Assembly: GCA_965208575.1 (NCBI GenBank) | Contig: CBDBOV010000004.1 | Span: 1,120,001 to 1,184,000, forward strand | Length of the DNA: 64,000 nt | Reading direction: 5' to 3' | DNA from: Spirochaetia bacterium | GTDB lineage: Bacteria; Spirochaetota; Spirochaetia; SZUA-6; Bin103 | Part shown: positions 20,301 through 28,864 of the stretch, in pieces | How positions within the stretch are numbered: the stretch's first letter is position 1 | Layout: every line of letters starts with the position of its first letter | Notes under the pieces: generated by a model | Told to the model about the DNA's origin: nothing | The model's input: the letters and a program-made list of their open reading frames with translations, nothing else | The model's database searches: none | Translations under genes and position numbers: made by a program

Positions 20301-22153
20301 AGGTAGTATATTGATAGTGGGCGGTTGACGCCAGCCCGCTTCAATGAGGCCGCCGGAATTCACCGGCGGAAACGCCAGCGGCGGCCCGCTGCTCGGCCGG
20401 GTCCGGCTCGCTTCAATGAGGCCGCCGGAATTCACCGGCGGAAACTCGTAGAGCACCTGGAAGTCGAAGGACACGCGCTCCTCGCTTCAATGAGGCCGCC
20501 GGAATTCACCGGCGGAAACGCACCACGTGAACGGTGACCCCGGCGACAACCGGATCGGGCTTCAATGAGGCCGCCGGAATTCACCGGCGGAAACTTGCTC
20601 CCGATCCTCCGCCTCCGGTGAGGGCTACGTCGGGCTTCAATGAGGCCGCCGGAATTCACCGGCGGAAACCACCTGCGCGGCGCACCGAGCGGTCGCGTGT
20701 ACGAAGTGCTTCAATGAGGCCGCCGGAATTCACCGGCGGAAACTTCACCACCACGGGTGCCTACGCGGGCGGAGTGGCGGCTTCAATGAGGCCGCCGGAA
20801 TTCACCGGCGGAAACGGCACCGACTTCCGCCCGGTGTTCGAGTACATGGAACGCGCTTCAATGAGGCCGCCGGAATTCACCGGCGGAAACGCCGACGTGC
20901 TCACCCTGCGTGACGGTCAGAGACTCCGCGCTTCAATGAGGCCGCCGGAATTCACCGGCGGAAACTCGCGGGTGCCGGGGTGGCGGAGGCGCGGGCGGTT
21001 CAAGTGCTTCAATGAGGCCGCCGGAATTCACCGGCGGAAACCGGAAGACCATAGCCAGCGACGGACGCAAGCTTTTCTAGCTTCAATGAGGCCGCCGGAA
21101 TTCACCGGCGGAAACGCGCTGCGCGATTGGTTGTCGTCAGAGTGGATCACAGACGCTTCAATGAGGCCGCCGGAATTCACCGGCGGAAACTCGGCGCCGA
21201 TAGCGACGCAGCCAACAACCCGAACGGGGCTTCAATGAGGCCGCCGGAATTCACCGGCGGAAACGCCGCGAGGTCACGTGCTATCGCATCGTCCCACCCC
21301 ACGCTTCAATGAGGCCGCCGGAATTCACCGGCGGAAACGGAGCCATCGACGTGGCCTCATGCGTCTCACATTGCCCTGCTTCAATGAGGCCGCCGGAATT
21401 CACCGGCGGAAACGCGGACATCGTAGGGCAAGGGGCCGACGACATCACAATCGCTTCAATGAGGCCGCCGGAATTCACCGGCGGAAACCCACGTGACAGT
21501 TGAAGAGGCTCTGCAACAGGTAAACCAGCTTCAATGAGGCCGCCGGAATTCACCGGCGGAAACCAGTGTTGCCGGCAAGGTTGCGCGCGGGTGGCGCGGC
21601 TGGGCTTCAATGAGGCCGCCGGAATTCACCGGCGGAAACTTGCGCAAGGCGAGCGTCGACGCTTCAGAGGTGTCATTGCTTCAATGAGGCCGCCGGAATT
21701 CACCGGCGGAAACCTGTTCTCGACGCCGACGCGCTTCGCCAAGCTCACCTGGCTTCAATGAGGCCGCCGGAATTCACCGGCGGAAACCTCGACCTGGAGG
21801 ATTCGGAGCGCCGCGTGAAGGTGCTTCAATGAGGCCGCCGGAATTCACCGGCGGAAACCCGTGATGCGCACTCAATACCGCTGCTCCGCCTACCCCGCTT
21901 CAATGAGGCCGCCGGAATTCACCGGCGGAAACTCATCGGGGCCGGCGGAGCCCTCGTCGGCGGAATCGTCGGCTTCAATGAGGCCGCCGGAATTCACCGG
22001 CGGAAACATCGACCGCCTCATGAGGAAGGGCGCCACTCTACAGGCTTCAATGAGGCCGCCGGAATTCACCGGCGGAAACTGGCGCAGCAATCCGACCAGC
22101 AACGCCAGGCCTCCTGGGCTTCAATGAGGCCGCCGGAATTCACCGGCGGAAAC
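17374..22153 (-). CRISPR. CRISPR array, 65 identical 36-bp repeats and 64 spacers (35-40 bp), hand count
   Basis: Repeat (minus strand) GTTTCCGCCGGTGAATTCCGGCGGCCTCATTGAAGC with 7-bp hairpin and ATTGAAGC 3' end; orientation from ATTGAAG terminus and AT-rich leader next to cas2. Confidence 0.98.
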
Positions 22154-22359
22154 GGACGGCGATCAACTCTTCGCTGTGCGGGGAATTATTGAGCACAATG
22201 CGAGCGCTGAAGCACGACCGTTGATGGCGGGGAAGCATTTTCGAAACCTCTTGGTATTCTAATCCATATCTCTGTGTATGTCAAAGACCTGGCGCCTTGC
22301 GAGCGGTCCCTTGGAGTGCGCGCGGCACCGGAGCGCTCGGTCGGCGGCGGCAGCGGCCA
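22154..22359 (-). promoter_or_regulatory. CRISPR leader
   Basis: AT-richer non-coding stretch between cas2 stop and first repeat. Confidence 0.7.
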
Positions 22360-22650
22360 TCACACGATGACGGGCTCCCGCTTCAGCGGATGGAATGGTT
22401 TTCCCAGACTGGTCACCCGCGGTTCAATGGAGTCGGCGACGCCAATGTCGACCAACACCACATGATCCGCATTATGATCTATCAGACGGTCCAGATTGGC
22501 AAGCAGTTCGGCCTGCCGGCGGCGGTTCAATCGGCACTGGAATACGGAAAGCTGCACCCACGCGCCGTAGCCGTTCATCAGCTTGAATACCTTTCGCCAA
22601 CGCCGCTGATCGGCGATGTCGTATGCGACGATGAACAGATGCTCTTCCAT
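22360..22650 (-). CDS. cas2: CRISPR-associated endoribonuclease Cas2
   Basis: FIVAYDIAD.RRW, YG.WVQLSVFQC; 96 aa. Confidence 0.96.
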   Translation of the reverse strand: MEEHLFIVAYDIADQRRWRKVFKLMNGYGAWVQLSVFQCRLNRRRQAELLANLDRLIDHNADHVVLVDIGVADSIEPRVTSLGKPFHPLKREPVIV

Positions 22651-22655
22651 CGGCG

Positions 22656-24455
22656 CTAGCGGGTCGTGAAGTTCGGATACGCGGGGATCTCACCGAGCAT
22701 GAATCGGCCCAGCAGGCGGGCCTGGATCTCCATGAGCCGGCGGTAGCTTACCCGGTACCCGAATAGCGGGTGCACGATCTCGTGGCCCAGGCGGCGCTCG
22801 AACGCGCCGATCAGGTGGCGCCTGCCGTCCGGCGTCAGGGCGACGGCCCCGGCGGCGGCCCTGAAGTCGGATGCCTTCACTTCGCCGTTGTTGATTACCT
22901 GCACCACCACCGAGTCGGCGAGCAGCGGTCGAAACGGCTCCATGAGATCCAGGGCGAGGGCGGGACGGCCGTAGCGCGGCTGATGAAAGAGACCGCGAAA
23001 CGGATCGAACCCGACCGCGGCGAGCGTCACGGTCCAGGCTCGGACGAGCAACGAGTACGCGAACGACAGCAGCGCGTTGACCGGGTCGGTTGGCGGGCGC
23101 CGGTTGCGCTTCTCGAAGTCGAACGCTCCCTGCCCCTCGCGCATCCCCTCGCTGATCATGGCCCCGAACACGCGGAAGTAGCGCGCGGCGGCGGTGCCCT
23201 CTACGCCGAGCAGCACCGACAGCGACCGGCAGCGAGCCACGCGCCTGCTGTCGTCCCGGAGCTCGATCATCACGTCGTGGCTGCTGGCGGGGCCTTTCCA
23301 GTTGCGGCGCAGCAGAGTGCGGGAGTTGAGGATCTTGGCCCGCACCAGGTCCTTCGCGAACCGCAGACACACGTCCTCGTCGAAGCTGGCCCGATACTGG
23401 GCGGTGCGCAGTTCCACGTTCTTGTGTCCGTTGCCAACCGTGTGGCCGTAGAACCAGCCGCCGTGGCTGTGCCAGGTAACCGGAATCCCCCGCCACATCA
23501 ACTCCTGCAGGCAAGGCGTGGTGACGTACACGCTGCCCATCAGCACCACCTGCGAGGTCTCCGGCAGGCGGGCGGTAGTTACCTTCTCGTCCTTGACGCT
23601 GACCACCAGGTTTTCGCCCGACTTGGCCACCCTTGCGCCGCGCGCCTGCACGTACAGCGGCAGCGCATCGGTCCCCGGCACCGCAATCGGCCGCGGCGCC
23701 ATTTCTGGACGCGACAGCAGCCGCAGGTGGTTGATCTCATCCGGCAGGCAGATGTTCACCAGTGAGCAGCGCGGACACTTCGGGCTGTCCTCCAGCGGCG
23801 GCGGGATCACTCCCTCGGCCGCGACCCGCCGCAGCCCGGCAACCGCCTGCTTGGTGGCGGACACCAGTTCCTCGTCGAACGGCACCCGAACGCGCTCGCG
23901 TCCGGCTACGAAGTAGAGTACGCCCTCGTCACATCGGTACCCCCGGTCACGCAGGATCAGGCCCTGAACGCACAGTTGCACCCGCTCCGGTTCGTACGCG
24001 CCGCCCTTCACGTGCGGGCGCTTGCCGCGCTTGTAGTCGACCGGTACGACCCCACCATCCGCCACCTCGATCAGGTCCATGCGCGAGATCAAGCCGAGCC
24101 GCTGCGACGACAGCGTGACCGACCTGGCGTGCAGCTTCTCGTACTCTCCGGCGTCGGCGGCTGCCGGCAACGACCCGCCACTTCGGTCCACCCTGCGGTG
24201 GGCGTGCCTTCCCTCGACCGTGTCCGCCGAGTCCGCCCACTCACCCTGCACCCACTCCAGGTACGCCAGTCGCGGACAGTACGCGTACTCATTGACCATG
24301 CGCGCCGGCACCAGCGGGGGTGCCTCACCGGGAGCCGGGAACGCAAGTTCGCCTTGGCGCGGCGGGGCGTTCCGTTCGACTTGTGCCTTCCGGTCGCCAA
24401 CCAGCCGCGGTGCGTCGTGTGCAGCAGCGGCACGTCTATCATCATTCCCGCTCAT
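22656..24455 (-). CDS. cas1: Cas4-Cas1 fusion
   Basis: Cas4: YCPR, DYKRG, QLC, C-terminal CPRCSLVNIC Fe-S cysteines; Cas1: LLGVEGTAAARYF, RRPPTDPVNALLSF, LALDLMEPFR. Confidence 0.96.
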   Translation of the reverse strand: MSGNDDRRAAAAHDAPRLVGDRKAQVERNAPPRQGELAFPAPGEAPPLVPARMVNEYAYCPRLAYLEWVQGEWADSADTVEGRHAHRRVDRSGGSLPAAADAGEYEKLHARSVTLSSQRLGLISRMDLIEVADGGVVPVDYKRGKRPHVKGGAYEPERVQLCVQGLILRDRGYRCDEGVLYFVAGRERVRVPFDEELVSATKQAVAGLRRVAAEGVIPPPLEDSPKCPRCSLVNICLPDEINHLRLLSRPEMAPRPIAVPGTDALPLYVQARGARVAKSGENLVVSVKDEKVTTARLPETSQVVLMGSVYVTTPCLQELMWRGIPVTWHSHGGWFYGHTVGNGHKNVELRTAQYRASFDEDVCLRFAKDLVRAKILNSRTLLRRNWKGPASSHDVMIELRDDSRRVARCRSLSVLLGVEGTAAARYFRVFGAMISEGMREGQGAFDFEKRNRRPPTDPVNALLSFAYSLLVRAWTVTLAAVGFDPFRGLFHQPRYGRPALALDLMEPFRPLLADSVVVQVINNGEVKASDFRAAAGAVALTPDGRRHLIGAFERRLGHEIVHPLFGYRVSYRRLMEIQARLLGRFMLGEIPAYPNFTTR

Positions 24456-24608
24456 GAGATCGAACCGTCACCTCCTGCGTACGACCGGCACTCTGCCTCT
24501 ACCCCAAGTCTCGGTCACCGCGCACCCACCTTGAGCCGACGTGCCGGCTGGATTGCCGTGGGGCGCGGACCCGGAACGCGCGCGATGATGTAGACTGGCG
24601 CCGCGGAG

Positions 24609-25721
24609 GTGCGGCGGGTGAGGATTACGAACGTCAAGGTGGATCTGTGCAGTTGGGAGACCGAGCCGTGGAAGACCGGCGTTGGCGCCGCGTTCGGGGG
24701 TCAGGTGCAGCTCGGAGTCGTGACGGTGGAGACCGACGCCGGCGTCAGCGGCAACGCGTTCCTGGGCTCGTCGATGGTCGGGGCGGAGCATTCGGCACGC
24801 GCGCTGGTCGAATTCGTAAAGCCGCACCTGGTGGGCGAGAACGCGCAGGACATCGGGCGGCTGTGGTGGCGGATGTGGAAGCTGAACCGCTCGGTGTCCA
24901 CGAGCGTGATCGGCGCCATCGACGTGTGCCTGTGGGATATCAACGGCAAGGTAGCCGGCCAGCCGATCCACCGCCTGCTCGGCACCTGCAAGGACTCGGT
25001 GCCGGCCTACTCCAGCACCGCATACCACGCCACGCCGGAGGAGTACGTCGAGGAGGCGCTGCGCTTCAAGGAGATGGGCTGGACGGCGCACAAGCTGCAC
25101 CCGCACGGCGAGCCGCGGGCCGACGTGGCGATCTGCGCGGCGGTGCGCGGCGCGGTGGGCGGCGACATGGTGCTGATGCTGGACTCGATGTGGGCCTACC
25201 AGTACGCCGATGCGCTGCGCGTCGGACGCGCCGTCGAGGAGTTGGACTACTACTGGTACGAAGATCCGCTGGTGGAGGAGGACGTCTACCACTACGTCAA
25301 GCTCGGCCAGAAGCTGGACATACCGATCATGTCCACCGAGTTCGCGCCCGGCCGGTTCTACGGCATGGCGGCCTGGATCACCCGCTACGCCACCGACATC
25401 CTGCGCGGCGACGTGGCGGTTACCGGCGGCATCACTCCCCTGGTCCGCCAGTGCCACTTGGCCGAGGGCTTCAACATGCGCTGCGAAATACACCACGGCG
25501 GCAACAGCCTGAACAACGTCGCCAACCTGCACGTCACCATGGCGGTGCCCAACTGCGAGTACTACGAGTTCTTCCCCTGCACCGGCGCCAACATGTACGG
25601 CCTGGTCGAGGACATAGCCGTGGATGCGCAGGGCCGCGTGCACGCCCCGACCGCGCCGGGGCTCGGCTACCAGATCGACTGGGACCTGCTGTACCGCAAG
25701 CGAACGGCTACGGTCGAGTAG
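24609..25721 (+). CDS. Mandelate racemase/muconate lactonizing enzyme family (enolase superfamily)
   Basis: AIDVCLWDINGK.AGQPIHRLLG, KLH, LMLD, WYEDP, EIH motifs. Confidence 0.9.
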   Translation: MRRVRITNVKVDLCSWETEPWKTGVGAAFGGQVQLGVVTVETDAGVSGNAFLGSSMVGAEHSARALVEFVKPHLVGENAQDIGRLWWRMWKLNRSVSTSVIGAIDVCLWDINGKVAGQPIHRLLGTCKDSVPAYSSTAYHATPEEYVEEALRFKEMGWTAHKLHPHGEPRADVAICAAVRGAVGGDMVLMLDSMWAYQYADALRVGRAVEELDYYWYEDPLVEEDVYHYVKLGQKLDIPIMSTEFAPGRFYGMAAWITRYATDILRGDVAVTGGITPLVRQCHLAEGFNMRCEIHHGGNSLNNVANLHVTMAVPNCEYYEFFPCTGANMYGLVEDIAVDAQGRVHAPTAPGLGYQIDWDLLYRKRTATVE

Positions 25722-25738
25722 CCGGAGGGGCAGCGAGC

Positions 25739-26466
25739 ATGAACGTCACCATCGTCGCCGCGCTGCAGGAGGAACTGGATGCGTTCGACGGCGCGCACGA
25801 CCTCGCGCCGGTTGGAGAGCCGGGGCCGTTCGCCGCGTTTCGGTTCCGGACGGCGCCGCCGTGGTGACACTGCTGCGCGGCGGCGTCGGCAAGGCGAGCG
25901 CCGCGATGGTGGCGCAATACGCGGTCGACCGCCTCGCCCCCGACTACCTGGTGATGACCGGCATCTGCGGCGGCCTTGGCGACCGCCTGGCGCTGGGAGA
26001 TGTCGTGGTGAGCCGCGACTGCGTGCAACATGATCTGGACGTGACCGCACTCGGCTTCCCGCTCGGCCAGGTACCCTTTACCGAGCATCGCTTCCTCGCC
26101 GCCGACCCGCGGCTGGTCGAGCTGGCGCTGGCCACGCCGGTACCGGGGCAGCGGGTGGTGGCCGGGCGCATTCTCACCGGCGACCAGTTCATCAACGCGA
26201 CCGACGCCGCGCGCATGGAACGGCTGCGCAGCCTGGACGGCGACGCGGTGGAGATGGAAGGGGCGGCGGTCGGCCTGGTGGCAACGGTGAACCGCATACC
26301 GTTCGTGATCATTCGCTCCGTGTCGGATCACGCCGACGGAGCAGCGCCCGTCGACTTCCGCGCCTGGCTGCGCCGCGCCGCCGCCAACTCCTACACCGTC
26401 TGCGCCGGCATCCTTCAGGGGCTGACCACCGCGGCTGCCCGTTCTCCCTCGCACCACGACAGTTGA
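25739..26466 (+). pseudogene. mtnN: 5'-methylthioadenosine/S-adenosylhomocysteine nucleosidase, split by a single frameshift near 25850 (may be a sequencing error)
   Basis: N-terminal MNVTIVAALQEEL in one frame; GGVGKASAA, TGICGG, TGDQF, VEMEGAA, RSVSD in the next. Confidence 0.8.
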
Positions 26467-26526
26467 CCGCGACGGGGAAAACGCCGACCATAGCGAAACA
26501 CAGCGACCCGACACGGAGGTATCGAC

Positions 26527-27660
26527 ATGCCCATGACCGGCGCGGCGCCGATTGCGGCTCCCGGCTGGACGGCCAACAAGGAAACCGGCGTCCGCATCGT
26601 GGACTGCGACGTGCACCACAGCTTCGAGAGCCCCGAACAGCTCCTGCCCTACCTGTCCAGGTTCTACCAGGAGCACCTGTACGACCAGGGCGTGCACTTC
26701 GCCGGCGGCGGCTACCCCAACACCCCGCTCCGCAAGACCCGCAACGACATCAAGGATCCCGACCTGAAGCGGCGCGATTTCAATTTCACCCTGGAGTTCA
26801 CGCAGCGGGAGTTGCTCGACCCCTGGAACATCGACCTGGCGCTGCTGACCGGTTCTCCGTCCGACATATACGGCGCCGCCGGCCTGCCCGACCCCGACTA
26901 CGGCGCCGCGCTGTGCCGCGCGTTCAACGATTACACCATCGAACACTGGCTGGAGCGCGACGAGCGCGTGGTGCACGCCATCCTGGTGGCGCCCACCGAT
27001 CCGGCGCAGGCGGTGGCCGAGATCAACCGCCTCGCCGGGCGCAGGGACACCGTCGCCGTGCACGTCCCGCTGAGCACCGCAATGCCGTTCGGCAACCGTT
27101 TCTTCCATCCGATCTGGGAGGCGTGCGCCGAGCATGGCCTGCCGGTGGTGTCGCACATCGGCGGCGGCGGCCCGACCGGCAACACCATGACGCCGGTCGG
27201 CTATCCCACCTACTATATGGAGACGCGCATGGCGCGCCCGGCGGCGGCCAGTGCGCAGGCGGCGTCGCTGATCTGCGAGGGCGTGTTCGAAAAGTTCCCG
27301 ACCCTCAAGTTCGCGTTCATCGAGGTGCAGCAGCTCTGGGCGGTATCGGTGATGTGGCACATGGACTTCGACTGGAGGGCGATCCGCGACCAGACGCCGT
27401 GGCTCAAGCGGCTGCCGAGCGAGTACTTCCGCGAGCACATCCGCGTCGGCACCCAGCCGATGCACGAGCCCGCGCGCCCCGAGCAGTTGCAGCAGATGCT
27501 GGACATGCTGTGCGCTGACGAGACGCTGATCTTCTGCAGCGACTTCCCCCACTTCGACCAGAACGACCCGGTGACCGTGCTGCCGGGCATCTCCGACCAC
27601 ATGCGCCGCCGCATCTTCTCCGACAACGCGCTGGAGATGCTGCGCATGCCCGGGAACTAG
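26527..27660 (+). CDS. Amidohydrolase family protein (Amidohydro_2)
   Basis: VDCDVHH, HPIWEAC.E.GLPV..H, GVFEKFPTLKF, FCSDFPHFD. Confidence 0.9.
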   Translation: MPMTGAAPIAAPGWTANKETGVRIVDCDVHHSFESPEQLLPYLSRFYQEHLYDQGVHFAGGGYPNTPLRKTRNDIKDPDLKRRDFNFTLEFTQRELLDPWNIDLALLTGSPSDIYGAAGLPDPDYGAALCRAFNDYTIEHWLERDERVVHAILVAPTDPAQAVAEINRLAGRRDTVAVHVPLSTAMPFGNRFFHPIWEACAEHGLPVVSHIGGGGPTGNTMTPVGYPTYYMETRMARPAAASAQAASLICEGVFEKFPTLKFAFIEVQQLWAVSVMWHMDFDWRAIRDQTPWLKRLPSEYFREHIRVGTQPMHEPARPEQLQQMLDMLCADETLIFCSDFPHFDQNDPVTVLPGISDHMRRRIFSDNALEMLRMPGN

Positions 27661-27665
27661 GCGCC

Positions 27666-28070
27666 GTGGCGACTGCCGCCGACGGACGCGCGCGGCGGGT
27701 GGTGGTCGGCAAGGTGTCGGAGATCCCGGTGGGCGGGCGCAAGCTGATCGTGCCGTTCCGGGGCCGCGCCGGCATCGGCGTGTTCAACGTGGGCGGCACC
27801 CTGTACGCGCTGCGCAACATCTGCCCGCACAACCTCGGGCCGCTGTGCACCGGCCACGTCAGCGGGCGCTTCGTTGCCAGCGGCCCGCCGTCGCGCAACG
27901 GCGCCACCCTGACCATGGACCGCGACGGCGAGATACTGCGCTGCCCGTGGCACAACTGGGCGTTCGACATCACCGACGGAAGCTGCCTCGGCGACTCCCA
28001 CCTGCGCGTCAAGACCTACCCGGTTTCGGTGGAAGGCGACGACGTAGTGGTTTCGTACGCCGAGGAATAA
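27666..28070 (+). CDS. Rieske [2Fe-2S] ferredoxin-like protein
   Basis: CPH...CPWH ligand motifs. Confidence 0.92.
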   Translation: MATAADGRARRVVVGKVSEIPVGGRKLIVPFRGRAGIGVFNVGGTLYALRNICPHNLGPLCTGHVSGRFVASGPPSRNGATLTMDRDGEILRCPWHNWAFDITDGSCLGDSHLRVKTYPVSVEGDDVVVSYAEE

Positions 28071-28075
28071 TCCCG

Positions 28076-28306
28076 TCAGCGGCCACCGCTTCGGGAGGCC
28101 TCAGAGACAACGCGCGTCACGTCGCCGATGGGAACCGACAATGTCGTGTCCTCCAAAACGACGCAATCGCTGAGATCGGGCGTGAGTACGACTACGACGT
28201 GTCGGGACGCGTGCCCGTAGACTTCCCTTACCTTGGCGCGGACGGTGGACTGGTTACCCCAGGGAATCTCGACGATTTCATCATACTTCGGCTCGCTGTC
28301 CTTCAC
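28076..28306 (-). CDS. Small hypothetical protein (76 aa)
   Basis: GTG start with GAAGGAGAGG SD directly after the HEPN-like ORF. Confidence 0.55.
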   Translation of the reverse strand: MKDSEPKYDEIVEIPWGNQSTVRAKVREVYGHASRHVVVVLTPDLSDCVVLEDTTLSVPIGDVTRVVSEASRSGGR

Positions 28307-28319
28307 AAGTTCCTCTCCT

Positions 28320-28835
28320 TCACCACGGACTGGCGATCTGTAGCTCGCCAGCAAGCCCGGTGGCGACGACTTGGTCCAGCTTCTGTACAAGCCTGCTCAT
28401 GGTCGACTTGTACGTGCGGTAGGAAGACACGGTCGCGGTGATCCTCCGCGACTGACGCAACGCACCTACCTCGCTCTCGTTGCCATGCACGACAGCATTG
28501 CGAAATGAGACGAGCAGTTCAAGGCGCCGAAGGTCGCGGTCAGCGTTGCCGTATAGACCCTGTAGACCGCGAACGATGTCCAAACCCATTCGCCCGAAGT
28601 CGTTCTTCAACGCGTCTCGTCGGGGATTCCTTTTGTCGAGCGCTCGATTCTGCCGCAACAGGACTCCCAGCGTGCGACGCTGGGTGGCGGTCGCGTGGGA
28701 CAAGTATACATCGGTCGCTTCGTCGTGAAGCTCTCGGCAATAGACTTGGAACTGTCCCACCAGAGCGACAAACAGGCTCCGATTCAACTGCTCGGTGTCC
28801 CAACGTCGTCCTCGCCGGGTTCCGCGCGCGTCCAT
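28320..28835 (-). CDS. HEPN-like protein, possibly 5'-truncated
   Basis: Rx4H motif RNAVVH in a helical context; FQVYCRELH segment. Confidence 0.6.
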   Translation of the reverse strand: MDARGTRRGRRWDTEQLNRSLFVALVGQFQVYCRELHDEATDVYLSHATATQRRTLGVLLRQNRALDKRNPRRDALKNDFGRMGLDIVRGLQGLYGNADRDLRRLELLVSFRNAVVHGNESEVGALRQSRRITATVSSYRTYKSTMSRLVQKLDQVVATGLAGELQIASPW

Positions 28836-28864
28836 CTCGCTGCTTCTGCCTCCGACTCGCCGAC

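Noticed and set aside
21714-21751. Spacer translating as VLDADAL, similar to the Nnr motif VLDADGL at ~54470 (self-targeting?)
   Set aside because: Nucleotide identity to nnr is low and short; likely coincidence
17286-22127. Many ORFs with repeated MRPPEFTGGN / FPPVNSGGLIEA / FNEAAGIHRRK
   Set aside because: Translations of the CRISPR repeat, not proteins
24590-24608. TAGACTGGCGCCG near the cas4-cas1 upstream region as a second mini-array target
   Set aside because: Only 4 contiguous seed matches and no TTN PAM; more likely the -10 box of the racemase gene
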